In this document: piece by piece, positions 1 to 14,152 of the stretch | Position numbering within the stretch: the stretch's first letter is position 1 | How the letters are laid out: every line of letters starts with the position of its first letter | NCBI GenBank assembly: GCA_013239625.1 | Contig: MU053513.1 | Coordinates: forward strand, 980,927-1,044,926 | Direction: 5' to 3' | Origin: Lama guanicoe | Lineage: Eukaryota | Length of the DNA stretch: 64,000 nt | Position numbers and translations under genes: made by a program | Notes under the pieces: model-generated | Told to the model about the DNA's origin: nothing | Databases searched by the model: none | The model's input: the letters and a program-made list of their open reading frames with translations, nothing else

Positions 1-14
1 GGCCAGTTACAGCC

Positions 15-160
15 CCATGCCTCAGTTCCACAGTTTCTCAACTAGGAAATGGAGATAACAACAGTACCTACTTCATAATTAAACAAAAGAATATACGGAA
101 GATAATTACCACAGTGCTTAGCAAATAGCCAGTGATATTGAAGTACGAACTATTATTATC
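15..160 (+). mobile_element. MIR SINE fragment
   Basis: gcctcagtt..aaatggagataacaacagtacctacttcata and cacagtgcttagcaaatag match the MIR core and 3' part. Confidence 0.65.
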
Positions 161-280
161 ACAGCCTGGGTGAGCAGCCATTCACCGTGTGCACCTGCTA
201 GGTGCCAGTGACTGTTACAGGCATGTGGTGGAATTCACTAGTAAAAACCAAATTAATAAAAAAAAAGACATAAATTTCTT

Positions 281-489
281 TTTTTAATTTTATTTTTATT
301 GAAGTATAATTGATTTACAACGTAAGTTTCAGGTGTACAGCAATGTGATTCAGTTATACATATATATACACATATATATTTCAGATTCTTTTCCATTATA
401 GCTCATTACAAGAAACTGAATATAGTTCCCTGTGCTGTACAGTAGGTCTTTGTTGTTTATGTGTTCTATATGTAATAGTGTGTGTCTGC
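281..489 (-). mobile_element. 5'-truncated L1 3' end (artiodactyl/camelid type) with TSD
   Basis: T-rich tail, then ttgaagtataattgatttacaa..aggtgtacagc..atatagttccctgtgctgtacagtagg; flanked by acataaatttctt (268-280) and acatcaatttctt (490-502). Confidence 0.9.
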
Positions 490-1994
490 ACATCAATTTC
501 TTGCATAGGATGAGGGTTTCCATAACATTGATTTATCAGCAAGTTATTTCTGAAACAGGCAAGGAAACAGTAACAATAAAAATCAGTAATGATAAAATCA
601 AATTGTAGGTTTACTTGCTCTGTTTTCTCCACCTCCCAACCTATCTTGCCAATCTCCGCCTTGCCCCATTCAAAACCTCAAATTTCACTGCCATCCATTG
701 TGAAGCCAGTAGAAAGTCAGAGACAATTTTAAGTGCTTTAACATTGCCAATGTGCTCTTTGGAGTGGGGGTGCAGCCCAAGCCCCTTTACTGCTCTGTAC
801 GTGTAAAATTTCTGCCTCTGAGGGGCTAAATGTCCTACAATTGAATTAAAATGGCTTTCCTGTACAAAGGTGCATTGATATTTTTTATTTAAATATAAAT
901 ATTATTAGCATGTACGTGAACCTGCAAAATATAATCTCTTCTTTAAACAGTACATATGAGCAAAAATAATTTGATGTTCTCAGCTTTCCACATACTCCTA
1001 TAAAAGACAGAGAAATTCATACTAGCATCATGCAGGTTCCTCATATTCTTTGCTCAGGACAATTTGCAGTCATTTCATTTGCTCTTGCCTAATGTAAAAC
1101 CACAGAAACCAAGCTCCTTTAAAACACAGTCTTGCTTTCTTTAAAGGCAAAAGCCAAAGAGCTATTTTAATACTTGTGGAAAAAAAATAAGAAGGAATTT
1201 TCAGTAGAAAGGAAGAAATATTCTTCAATAAATGCATCTTACTCATATGTAAAATGTATTTGTTTTTGCCTATTATTTATGTTATTTAAATGTTCAGCAT
1301 GGTTTCCTGGACAATAAGATGTCTTTGTTGTGATACAAAGGCAATTTATAGTTTCCACATTTAGTAAACAAGATATTGCGAATTTTTGAGATAAACGAGC
1401 CAGGAATTCTACTAGTTACTAATTTAAGAATTCAGGCATTTTGTTTTATCTGTCACCCTCACCTGAATATCTCATCATTCTGATAAAGAATGCCTCAGAG
1501 ATCAGAAACAAGGATCTTTATTCTTCTGTGTGCTCAAGTATAAGACATGTTTAGCACTCTGTGATTTTTTTCCCAAGTAGATTTGCATGCATAGCTTGAA
1601 TAAGCTGAATAACCCTACACAGCCAAACATTTTTTTTTTCCTACTTGTTGGGACAAGCAGCATAGGAAGCTCACTCCTGCTCACCAAATCTCTGTTTCCT
1701 TGAGACAAAGAATGTAATGTCATTTCTTAGTATCTCCTTGTTTTCTTTATAAATCTCAGAAAAGGTAAGTGGATTAATATATATTTTTGGACTTGAACAT
1801 GACATGATTTTAGACACAAATCATGATGTATATTCAACCTTCTTACAAAATAAATTTAAGGCACTTTTACCAACATGGGTAAAATAGAAACTAGATATTA
1901 TAAATACAAAACACGAGAGTCGCGTCAAAAGAGAAATAAGGGTACAGCCATAAAATGGAGGTAAAATATGAATGCTTTATTCGTCCAGGTTCTG

Positions 1995-2487
1995 TCCTGT
2001 TATCTGTTGCTATGTAACGACCCCACTCCAAACCCTAGTGCCTTAGAGAGATGGTTTATTACTGCTTCTCACATTTCTGTTGGCTGATCGGGCTCAGTAG
2101 GGAAGCTCTCCCCAGGGATTCTCTTGCTGTCGGATAGTCACTGGGGCTACAGCCGTCTGACATCTCAACCGGGACTGCCAGCCACGCACCCATTCATGGT
2201 CTCTCCCTATCATCTGGGTTTCGCACATCATGGCTTCTGGGACCCTTGAGAGAGCATTCCCAAAGCAAACATTCCAAGGGGCCCTGGTACAGGCAGAAAG
2301 GCTTCATACCACCTGGTCTCTGAAGGCATAAAGCTTACTTCTGCCAAAAGTGGTCACAAAGCCCACCCAGATTTAAGAGGTTGGAAATATAGACCTGCCT
2401 TATAATGGAGTGACAAAGTTTCATGCATAAAAGCATATGGAAATGGGAAATTTTACTGAGGTCATTTCAGGTAAATACAATCTGCTG
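1995..2487 (-). mobile_element. MaLR LTR (MLT1 family)
   Basis: Starts tgtcctgttatctgttgctatgtaac..ccaaaccctagtgcctta; ends gtcatttcaggtaaatacaatctgc, typical of reverse MLT1. Confidence 0.7.
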
Positions 2488-5292
2488 TAAATTTTATGCT
2501 CTTGTTAATATCTATGGATCACGCTAATATCCCTTCATCAGACAAAGCAATGAATTCAACAGGACTGTCTCCGGAAGTGTCCTTGAGTATAATCCAATGA
2601 CGTGATACCAAAGAACAATCCAGTAAAAGCAATAAAAGCCATAAAAGTCCTAAACTGTATGACCCAGGTAACTATTTTTTGCTACTATATCTTAATCCAG
2701 AGGTAGATTTAAAAATCCATGTTTACATCAGTATTTTCCATACCATACCCTAGTATTCTAAACATCAGTTTTCTGCTTAAAGTTTATACGGTCCTTTTTG
2801 AAAAAATAAAATAATAAGGGCATTTTGTAAGTCAATATTTTTGAAAACTCCTGCATAGTTTACCCATAACCATTGCCCAACTCTCTACCTCTAACTCTGA
2901 GTCAGCTTCTCAATCATCTTAATACATCAAATATTTTGAAAATTACTGCTGCTTTAAAAAACACACAAATGAAAATGTTGATCTTAACTTACCGTAGTTT
3001 TGCCATACCTTTTTAAAATTCAGAATACTTTTTTTCTCTTTTGGGTGTACCAATAAAAGGCTAAGAAACTTCACGGAACATAGATTGGGAGGTACTGATG
3101 TGATATAATACAGAATGTTCACATCCTGCCACTGTCACTCATTCATAATTATTGCCTCTATCAGTTGAGTTGTTCAGCAATATTGACTGGAGTGACATTC
3201 TGTTTGAGAATAAACTCTAAGCTATGTACCTGTTAGTTGTGAAATGAAACTCCTTGGCATTCAATTAATCCAGGAATGTAGTTGATAATTCTTCTGTAAA
3301 AACAACAACAAAAGAGGACCCAGTAGTTTTATTAAGAAGTAAATCAACAGAATACTTTCCTCAGACAATATAACAAAGGATTGGGTGATTGAGTGCCCAG
3401 AGGACTCCATATCTGTAGCATAGTTGGAGTAATTTACTTAAAATTCCCCCTGGTCAATACATTGACAAATGTCAGGCTAAATGAAATTTACAAATACATT
3501 GATCTTAATACTAAAGTCAAGGTTATAAATAGAAAATCCAAAGTCAGTGTGAAAAATCTACTAATGTTTTTCTTTCACTCAATAACTTTCAAAACAATTT
3601 CAAATTTAGAACATACTTGCAAATATTTAGTTCTCAAAAAAACTATAATTCTAAAATTTAGATGAACACATTTTCTTTTTATGAAATGGCCCATAAATTA
3701 TTTTGTATTACTCATAACTATTATTCTAAGTTTAACCATTGCATAACTAATAATAGTGTAGTATTTTCTAGATGAATGTGGATTAACTAATATTTAGTAA
3801 GTAAATGAATACAAGATCAAGTATATTATATAATCATATCTGTTCTGGCACTGCTCCAGGAAGTGGATACTGTTTACAGAACAGTATTTCTATATAGTAC
3901 TCTGACTAGAAATAAAGAAGACAAAATACTTAATATCAGAGAAATTAGGAAGAAAGTTTACATAGGTAAGGAATCTATTTCAAAGTTTGATACACTGAGT
4001 GGGGCCAAACGATGTCCTATTTTCTCTTCCCATGAAAACCCAAGTCAAAAGGCTATGACCTAAAACAGATTGTATGCTGAGACTAGATTTCATCTCGCCC
4101 CAATCCAGTTGTAGAGCTTTCTCAAGACAAGATGACTGATTCAAAAATAATATGGGTGCTACCCACAACATTAAAGAACTTTCGAGAGTCTCTGCTTCAC
4201 TGCGGCAGTGTACAAAACAGAAAGGGAAGCAATGAAGCTGTGCTGAAGCAAAAATAAATTTATGAATTAGAGAGTGAAATTAAAGAAGTTTTCAAGGAAA
4301 GCAGTTTGCAGGGATGCCTTCCCTGAAGCTACACAAAATTGAAAAGGCATCTACCGAATCTGAAAACATTTGCTATGAGATCTTCTTGTCTACCCTTTTA
4401 ATGGATGATTTGCATGCAACACTTCCAAGCGAGATGACTGAATCAGACATAATCACCCGATAGACTCAGCAGGGGAAGCATGAGATAATAGGGAAAGGGT
4501 GAAAAATCCCATGTTCAGAAAGTGATTTTTCTCTGAAACCATCCAGGCAACACAGACTGTGAACACTGTGCACATCATTACGAGGCCACCGCCACAGCTT
4601 AACACTTCTCATTGTTAAAGGGAAAACAACGACCACCAAAAAGTTAGCCTGCTTCCTTTAGTCCTCTGTCTCTAACACGCTAACGCTCAAAGTAAATGAT
4701 CATTGCCTTTGGTAGTGTTACAGGCACTCATACACTAATGTGCTTGAAATGAAGACAGCTGTTTCGGTATTAGGCAAATTTCTTTTTAAGACGTGACATT
4801 CCAAAAGTATTGTAAGCTAACGGAAACCAATGAGGAGACCCACCAGTGGCCCCATCACTGAAAAACAGACACACAGAAAACAATGTCATTCCTTTATAAG
4901 CAAGGGATAATAGCTAATCTGAAGAATTGTCTTCCTTACTGGAAGAACACAGCCATGAGGGAAGACCATGTGGACATTCTTCTCTTTCCGACAATGCTTA
5001 AGAGAAACAACATCCCATAAAGATTAACATATAGTAATAAAGACTTCAACTAAGATGCTTAAGTACAAAAAATGGCCATTTTAACATTTTCTTATTAAAA
5101 ATTTGTCTTATAAAATACTCAAATACATTATAATTTGCAGTCTACTTTCTGAAAGAGAAGGAAATACTACAAGTTCTTTAAAAATCTCAAAGTGTGTATT
5201 TTTCCAATGCTAGTAAATATTGTCACTATCATATTTAAATTATGTTTCATCTTATTTAAAATCCATGTAATTTTTGTCTTCAGAATGTGATG

Positions 5293-6260
5293 TGTAGTGA
5301 AAAATCATCCAAAGAGAGGTCTGAGTTTTGCCCTCAGTTCCTGGAAGATGATCTCAAGGTCCCTGGAATGTCCTGCCTGATGGGAGTGTCTTTGCTGGCC
5401 TAGGGGTTTTGACCACCAGACAGTGTGATTTGGGAGGGAGACTTGGGCCACACCATACTGGTTCTGACCTCCAGGGGAACTGGAAGCTAAACTTGTTAGC
5501 TGAGTCTCTGGGAGAGGCTGGAGACTAACGGTCAGCTGTGCAGGAAACACATATTCAAGCATCAGTAAAAACTCTGGGCACCCATGTCTCTGGTGAGCTT
5601 CCCTTGCTGGCAATGCTCTGTGTGGACTGTCTCACAGGGTGACCAGCAGGAGGAAAGGCTGCGCATAACCCCAGGGGGAAAAGAAAATCAGAAGTTCCGT
5701 GTTTGGATCCCTCCTGGACTCTGCAACCCCTCTCTTGGTTGCCTTTAGTTAGTATCCTTCTCTATAACAAAACTTTAATCATAAGTATAAGATGTTCCTG
5801 AGTCATTTATTCTAGTGAATTATCAAGCCTGTGAGTGATTATGGGGCTCCTGAATTTGTAGTTGTATCAGTCAGGGTTCTCAAGAGAAACAGAATATATA
5901 TAGATAGATAGATATGATTTTATTGAAGTTTTTCTTTTTCTTTAGGAAACTTCACTGTTTACTCTTAAGGCCTTCAACTGAATGGATTAGATTCATCCAC
6001 ATTTTGAAAGTTATTTCCTTTTCTTAAAATAAATTGATTGTAGATATTAACTGCATCTACAAAATACTCTCCCAGCAACATCCATACTAATGTTTGAGTA
6101 AATATCTACTATGGCCTAGCCAAGCTGAGACATAAAACTGGCAATCACAGTAGCCAAATGGTCTAAAGTGAAGGCAGTCCTAGGATCCCCTTGAACTTAA
6201 GACTGGTGTCTGAAATGAGGGTAGTCTTATGGGGACTGCATATAATTGGTTAAACTCCAA
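5293..6260 (+). mobile_element. ERVL LTR (MER21-like), split by an MLT2 insertion
   Basis: ccaaagagaggtctg..cctggaatgtcctgcctgatgggagtgtctttg matches MER21; it resumes at 6150 (gtagcc..ggtgtctgaaatgagggtagtctt). Confidence 0.75.
5863..6149 (-). mobile_element. MLT2 LTR (internally deleted)
   Basis: tgtatcagtcagggttctcaagagaaacagaa ... ggcctagccaagctgagacataaaactggcaatcaca; 5-bp TSD gtagt/gtagc. Confidence 0.85.
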
Positions 6261-8340
6261 AAATAGACCCACACAAAAATAGTCAGCTGATTTTTGACAA
6301 AGGTACAAAGGCAATGTGATGGAGAAAGAACAGTAGTTGCAATAAGTAGTGATGGAAAAATTAAGCACCCATATAAAAAATAAACTTATAAACAGACTTT
6401 ACATTTTATACACACACACACCCCCAAAAAAGAAAATACTTGAAAATAGGTCATAGACTTAAATATAAAATGCTAAACTGTGACAATTGTGTAAGAACAG
6501 GAAAATAAGTTTGGTGATAAGATTTTACATATTCCAAAAACACAGTTTATGAAAGAAAAATTGATAAGCTGGACTTTTTAAAAATTAAAAACTGATCTGC
6601 AAGGACACTGTCAAGAGAGTAAAAAGACAAGCCACACACTGGGAGAAAATATTTGCAAATTAGATATCTGATAAAGTGCTTGCATCAAAAATATGCAAAG
6701 AACTCTAAAAGTCAACAATAAAAATTAAACAATACAATTTAAAAATAGGCCAAAGATCGGACTCTACACTAAAGCAGATGTACATATGGAAAATAAGCAT
6801 ATGAAAAGATAGTCACCCAACATCCTTTGTCATTAGAGAAATGCAAATTAAAACAACAATGAGATAGCACCACATGCTGATTAGAGTGGCTAAAATCCAA
6901 AAACCTGACAATAGCTACTGCTGACAAGAATGCAGAGCAACAGGAGCGCTCTCTCATTCATTGCTAGTAGGAACCCAAGGCCATCGCTCTAGAAGACAGT
7001 TTGGCAGTTTCTTACGAGCTAAACATAGTCTTACCATATGATATAGCCATTGTACTCCTAGATATTTACCCAATGGATTTGAAAATTAATGCCTATACAA
7101 ACCTACATGTGAATATTTTAGAAACTTCATTCATAATCACTGAAAAATGTAAACAACCAAGGTGAATTAATATACAAATGGCGGGAAATCCACACAGTGA
7201 ACTGCTACTTGGTGGTTAAAAGTCATGCACCATGAAGCCGTGCAAAGACAGGGATGAATTTCAATGCATATTACTAAATAAAAGAAGCCAATCTGAAAGG
7301 ACTGTATATTTTATAATTCCATATAAATGACATTCTGGAAAAGTCGAACCTTTAAAGACAGTAAACAGATCAGGGGTTGCCAGGGAGAAGTGAGGAGCTA
7401 GCTCTATAGACAGGAGGAATATAGTGCATTTTTTCAGTTCAGTAAAAACCTTCTGTATGATACTGTAGTGGCGGATTGTGTGACACTATGCATTTGTCAA
7501 AAAACACAGACAGTTACAGCGCAAAAAGTAAATCTTACTTATGCAAATTTTAAAAAATCACTTAGAAAGGTGAGGGATTCCAGGATATAGTGCAGAATGT
7601 GACAAGAGACTATAGGTCTTACAAATGTATGATGTAACCTCATGGAAAGGAGGTGAGGAAAGGAGTGCTGAGTGAAGTAACTTTAGAAATGAGACTACAG
7701 GACCAAAAGGAAAAAAGAAATGTACATAAGCACTCTATTCTAGCTGATAAAATTGTTTCCCAGTTTTGAGGGGCCTTGGGTTAACAATTCTGAAATCACT
7801 ATACATGTATACTGGGATTGAATAATTAAGTAAAAATAAGGTGGATGCTGATAGCCAAATTTCTCACTTTGGGAGTGAGAGGTAACGGTTAAGCAGGAGG
7901 AGAAGGCTAGAATGATTTAAAAGATAATGCATTAGAGTTGGAGATGTCAGTGTGAACTGCTTAATACAGATACAGATGGTTACACATTCAAATGTGTGTA
8001 TGTGTCTTCATGTGCAGTCCACATGTTTGTATCCATGAATCGGCAGACAAACATCTATCTAATTGCTCTATCATCTGAGAGAGTCTAAAACAACGATAAC
8101 CTGATAATCATGAGCCCATCTAACACAGAGATCTGGATTTTGAATACCATTCTCCAGGAAAAGGAACTGGGCTTCTTAAAGAAATGGCGGTTCTAGGGAC
8201 GAGCAGGAACTATACAAGATGAGCCTGGATAGTTTTTCAGTGACAGAAAGTAAGGAAGTTCTCAAAACTGTGGGGTCTTTTTAAATGATGGAAATATATT
8301 AAAGTGGCCAATGGAAAGAAATCCCCAATGGCCAAAGCTG
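6261..8340 (+). mobile_element. Old L1 (L1MC-like): decayed 3' ORF2 and 3' UTR, first part
   Basis: cagctgatttttgacaaagg, gggagaaaatatttgcaaat, agagaaatgcaaattaaaacaacaatgaga; multiple stops and frameshifts. Confidence 0.9.
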
Positions 8341-9805
8341 GACCCCAGCTGATCTTTGACAGAGGGGTAAGGGCAACATATTGTAGAGAAGTCAGTCTTT
8401 CCAAAAATGGTACAGGAACAACTGTTTACCCACAAAAAAAAAAAAAAAAGAATCTACACACAGACCTTTACCTTTCATGAAAATTCAAACTGAACTATGC
8501 AAATGTAAAATGCTGAACTATAAACCCCCCAGAAGATAACACAGGAGAAAACCTAGGTGACTCTGGGTATAGTAATGGCTTTTTAGGTAATAATGAAAGC
8601 AGGATTCATGAAACAAATAATTGATAAGTAGACTTCATTAAAATTTAAAATTTCTGCTCTGCAAAAGACAGTATCAAGGGAATAAAAATACAAGACACAG
8701 ACTTGGGGAAAATATTTGCAAAAGATGTGTCTGATAAAGGACTGTTTTCCAAAGTATACAAAGAACTCCTAAAACTCAGCAATAAGAAAATGAACAACTT
8801 GATTAAAAAATAAGTAAAAGAACTGAACAAACACTTTACCAAAAGACACAGGTGTGGCAAATATGCATATGAAGCTCAACACCATTTGTCATTAGGAAAA
8901 TGCAACTTAAAACAATAAGACACCACTATTAGAACAGCCAAAATCCAGAACACTGACAACACCAAATGTTGGCAAGGTTATGGAGTAACAGGGACTCTCA
9001 TTGATTGCTGGCCAGAATGGAAATTAACTCAGCCCCTTTCGATGACAGTTTGTCAGTTTCTTGCAAAACGAAACGTACTCTTACTGGAGCAATCACACTC
9101 CCTGGTATTTACTGGAAAGAACTGAAAACATATACCCACACGAAGAGTTGCACAAAAATTTTTATATCAGTTTGATTAATAACTGCTAAAACTTGGAAGC
9201 AATCAAGACGTTCTTCAGTAGGTGAATGGATAAACTGTGACACATTCAGACAATGAAATATTATTTAGCACTAAAGAGAAATGAGCTATCGAGCCATGAA
9301 AATACATGAAGGAAATTTAAATGCTTCTTACTAAATGAAAGAAGCCAGTCTGATAAGGCTACATATAGTTTGATTCTAATGACATGACATTATGGAAAAG
9401 TCAAAACTACAGAGGGAGTAAAAAGATCAGTGGCTGCCAGGAGTTAGCAGGAAGAAGGGACAGATACGCAAAAGAAGGAATGAAAGCACAGAAAATTTTT
9501 AAGACAGTGAAACTATTCTATATGACGCCGTGACAGTGGATATATTTTGTAATACATTTGTCAAAACTCATAGAATGTGCAACAGCAAAAGTGAACTCTA
9601 ACTTGAAGTATGGACTTGGAGTGATATTCATGTGTCGATGGAGGTTTATTGTTTGTAACACATGCACCTCTCTGGTGTGTGATGTTGATGGTGGGAGAGG
9701 CTGGGCCCGTGTAGGGGCAGACGGTGTGTGGGAACTCCCTGCATCTTCTGTTCAGTCTTGCCGTGAACCTGAAACTTTCTTAAAAAGTAAAGTTCATTAA
9801 ATAAA
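8341..9805 (+). mobile_element. Second L1 (L1MC1/2-like) nested in the first
   Basis: ORF2 3' motifs restart (cagctgatctttgacag, aaatatttgcaaaagatgtgtctgataaagg) and run to a 3' end gaacctgaaactttcttaaaaagtaaag. Confidence 0.85.
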
Positions 9806-10585
9806 TACTTAGATAAAGCATTCAGTTATAGCAGAAAGAATAAAATAAATATCCATGAGTCCAGACTGATATTAATAAATAATTAAGAAAATAAATGGGA
9901 GAGAGTAAGGAAATCTCGCATACAATGGAACTCCAAATAATTCACATAAATATCACCGCTCAAGAATGTGGACCTTAAGTCCCTCACTTATTAATTATGG
10001 ACTATGCACTGTGAGTTCTTCCAAAGATTACACTATGGAAAAGAAGAAAAAAAGAGAAAGAGTGGAGAAGCCTGCCAAACACTACCTCAGTCTGTTGATC
10101 TAGGTCAACGTCTGCAGCGATAAGTCATACTGCTAAACTTACCTCCTAAGTCTTGATAGAAGAAAAAATGGCAAGTATTCTCTGTGATCTTTCTCCCCAA
10201 AGCCCAGCGTCCCAGTCTAATAATGAGAAAAGCATAGACACATCCCAGGTGAAAGGCATTCTACAAAAATCCTGACCAGTATTCCTCAAAACTGTCCAAG
10301 ACATCAAAACCATGGAAATCTGAGAAATTATCAGTCCCGGGAGGTAAGGAGACATAACTAACTATAGCGTGGTGTCCTCAATGGAATTCTGGAGCAGAAA
10401 AAGGACATTAGATAAAAACTAAGAAAATCTTAGTTACAGACTTTAGGTAATAATGTATCAGTGTTTATTCATCGATTGTGACAAATATATTGGGTTTGGG
10501 GGTATATGGGAACTGTGTATCTTCACAATTTTTCCATAAATCTAAAATTTTTATTCTAAAATAGAAAAGACTTTTTAAAAAATTT
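9806..10585 (+). mobile_element. Continuation of host L1MC 3' UTR
   Basis: aataaatatccatgagtcc..gtggagaagcctgccaaacactacctcag..ctggagcagaaaaaggacatta..gtaaatctaaaa-like end. Confidence 0.8.
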
Positions 10586-11824
10586 AATACTTTTCAAAAT
10601 CTTCACCTTAAAATGTAATTCAATTCTCACACCAGAAAGTGAAAATATTTTTGCACGTGGAAAAAGTATGTTTATTTATTCATAAGCTGTACCCACCACC
10701 CAGTCTCTCTGTTTACTTTCAAATACACAGCTTTACTTGGTAATGATAAAGTTCTGCTCCATCACTCAAATAACATATGAAAACAGGAGATAACCTCAGT
10801 GTTTGGCCTGACATATAACCGAGGAAATTAACACTTACCTAACAGCATGTGTAATTGCCTGCTGTAGCTGACTGATCCCTTTAAGGTCTTGACCCTGACA
10901 ACAAACACTAAATTAAAATGGTCGCATAGAGCAAGGGGGTCCTGTGGCTCTAGGGCATGGAATCAAAAGACACTGAGCATTTTCTAAGGTCAGAAGAAAG
11001 GTGAAGACCCAAGCTGATAGAATGAACAATCCAAAGAAGACAGGCAAGGTGGTTAGAAGAACTTCTTAGGCAATGAGATTTCAAAGGGAAAGGGAAAAAG
11101 GAAGTGATAGTGGCTGTGTTGGGGATTCATGATGCAACGTAGAGGCTTTACACAGGGCGCCTTTAGAGTCACCTGCCCTCATACTTGGAGGGCAGTGTCA
11201 GTGAGCCAACTAGGACAACAGTTTTCTTCTTCCCTAGATTTCTACGCTTGAGACATGAATAGAAATTCTCTTAGTTGAAGTATCAGGTATAGCAATTTTG
11301 AGAACTGAAAGAATGAAGAGGATGAAGCCCTTAATAGTTAAGTAACCATTAGTGAGAATGGCCCCATGAAATCCTTGGGGAGGGACCCCTGCACCAAGAG
11401 GACCATGGTGAGATCAAACTGACCATTCCACTGTTTCTGGCTCTCTTATGGATACCCACTTCCTTCCTTCAGTCTGTTTAAATCCGTTTCTCTGACTCAG
11501 CTCATTGACTCCTCATTTCTCACCCTTGGACTTATCATGGTCTACATCTATGATTTGCTACCCCTATACCCATTTCTGGCTCCTTGCCCTACAAAATGAG
11601 TCTAGTCTGATCCAATATCCAGTAGTGTTCCCCAAACTTCAGTCTGGGCTGAACCTCTTCCAAGCCTTATACAGAATCCAAGACACCACCCTAGGAGACA
11701 CATCTTTCAAGGGCTTTGTCCCTGTGGCATGTGCCTCTGAGACAACTGGAACACTCTACTCTGCTCTTGTGAGTCCTCTGAAAATACATGTTCATCTCAA
11801 GAATTCTTTTCATGCGTATACAAT

Positions 11825-12000
11825 TTGATAGTGTACAGAAGCACTTCCACATCTATTCAGTCATCTGATTCTTCCACAAATTCAATGAAATAGTCAAATA
11901 ACAGTTTCCTGATGTTAAAACTAAGTTCTAGAATTGTTACTTGCTCTAGATCCCATAGCTAGTGACTGGGATTTTGAGTACTAGACCAAAAGTACATTAC
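11825..12000 (-). mobile_element. MIR fragment
   Basis: aaaactaagttctagaattgttacttgctctagatcccatagctagt resembles the reverse MIR core. Confidence 0.5.
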
Positions 12001-12889
12001 ATCAAGTACAGCACATTCTGTTGGTCTGGTTTGAGAACCATGATTGACAAAACTAGTATAAAAAAATCTAAGTTTACAAATATGCCATATAAAATATCTT
12101 TGTTTCCACTGCTATTTTTCAAAACTACATCTCTATACTAACTACTAACACTTGAAATTCCGTCAAAATAAACTTCTTTACCCAGCTGACCCTCACTACC
12201 AACTGTAGACATCCTTTGGAATTATTGTGGGGCTTAATCATCTATAGGAAGCAAGAATTTATGATTAACTCCTGATTACAATTGGCCACACAGTTACCCT
12301 ATTTTTCTTCCACCATTTCGACAAGCTCTTCATGTTTTCCGCCAGACTCTCTAGTCACTGTATGATGGGATTTTTACTCACTCTAAGTCATCTGAAATAT
12401 GGTTATCACATTTTGAGTATATAAGTTTCAAGTGGAATGCATTTTAACACCCTCCTATTAGTCCTTATCTAAATCTAAACTTCATAGAAGAGCAATCAAG
12501 ACCCCAATAAATTGCACTGCTTTGAAATTCACCTCCACTGCCTTCCATATATTTCAATTAAGTCAGTATCGTATTGTTATCTCAAGTAGGTGCTGATCAC
12601 TAAACTCTCTGCCCCTAGAATCTATTTCACATTTCTCTACATTAATTAATATCCTTCTTTGACTTTAAGATCTCAAAATTCAGCCTTTTTTTTTCCACTC
12701 TGCAAGAAAATTCATCCTTTTTAAAGCATGCATCTGATTGTCTTTATACTATCAGTTAAATCCCTCTCTGATAATATTGTTTTCAGAATATGTTTTCATC
12801 TGGAGTAGTTGCGTTCCAATTGTCAGAGGGGAAATATATTCTCTGTCCTCTGCCCAAACTCACACTGGGCACTTAGAGCACAGAGAATG

Positions 12890-13480
12890 CTCTAGTCTTT
12901 ACTGCTTCATAACAAGCCAGTCAAATCAGTGGTATAAAACAATTGCTTGTTTTTTTTTATTATGCCACCTAATTTTGGGGGCAGAGGTGAGAAATTCCAC
13001 CAGAATACAGAGGTGTGGCTTATCTTTTCGACTTTACATCTGGAGCCTCCTCCAGAAGCAACACAAATGGCTGGAAGCTGAAAGAATCAGGGCTGTTGGG
13101 TACACTTCCAAGACAGTTAATTCAGTTGCATGGCTGGTGCCTGGGCTGGGATGACTCAAAGGCTCAGCTTAGCTAGGAATGCCGATCAAAACACCAACAC
13201 GTAGCCAAGCCAGTGTGGCTTCTGGGCTCTAAGAAGGAACAGCCCAAGCGCAAGCATTCCGAGAGACCACGGCAGAAGCCGCACTACTGCTTTTAACCTG
13301 GCTTCAGAAACCCCGCAGCATCACTTCGTCCCTTCTGCCGTGTTCTGTTAGCAACAGTCCAGATTTGGGGAGCAGAGGGAAGCAGTTAGACTTCACGCCT
13401 CGATTAGAAAGTGGTCAGATCATATTGAAGAAAACATGTGGGGCAGAATTGTTGCCACCATCTTTGAAAATACAATCTTA
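12890..13480 (-). mobile_element. MaLR LTR (MLT1 family)
   Basis: actgcttcataacaagcc..cagtggtataaaacaa; cagcatcacttc; ends gccaccatctttgaaaatacaatct. Confidence 0.75.
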
Positions 13481-13779
13481 AAATTTATCATAAGGCAAAA
13501 GTTAATTTTGTTAGGATGAGTGTTCTTTGTCGGGGGTGTGCTGCGTACTGTGTTGTTTCTAATCTAGGAAATACAGTCTCCACTTTTAGGTTACATTTGT
13601 AGACATGTGCTGAATGTGTGGCATCTTTTTTGTTCTGAGAATTCTCCCTTCAATACATGTAATCTTGCAGTGCTGTTACACAGGGTGCCTAGCACACCTT
13701 GGCCACTGGAGGTGAAGGGGTCACAGAGGGAAAGGACACTAACAAAACCCAAAACCAAACTAATCATAAAACCGAACTC

Positions 13780-14152
13780 TGCAAGTCATTCATAGGAACT
13801 GCGTGTCTGGCTGGACCGATCAATCTTTTCTGAAGACAAACGTTAGAGAAAGGATACCCATGTCCTCTAGTGTTACTGAGCTGGAAACGTGGAGACCTGT
13901 GCCCACTAGCAGCCTCGGCATCCACGTGTGAAAAGCTCATCTGGAGTAGAAAGAATTCAAACTGACACACAAGCAGCAGAGGCAAGCGATGAAGAGAAAG
14001 ACCTGGTAACGTCATCAGAGCCCTAGATTCTAATGGTCATGAAACTAGATCCACCCTTGACTTCCAGGAGACCCAGGCCAGTAAGTTCCCTTTTTCACTC
14101 ATGGTGATTTAAACTGAGTTTCCAGTAGCTGTACAGAAAACGCCCTGCTGAT
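13780..14152 (+). mobile_element. MaLR LTR (old MLT1)
   Basis: gagccctagattc..acccttgacttcc..gtaagttccctttt..tttaaactgagtttcc..gaaaacgccctgctgat 3' end. Confidence 0.6.

Noticed and set aside
6261..10585. Possibly active or domesticated L1 ORF2
   Set aside because: No plus-strand ORF covers the ORF2 remnants; heavily disrupted.
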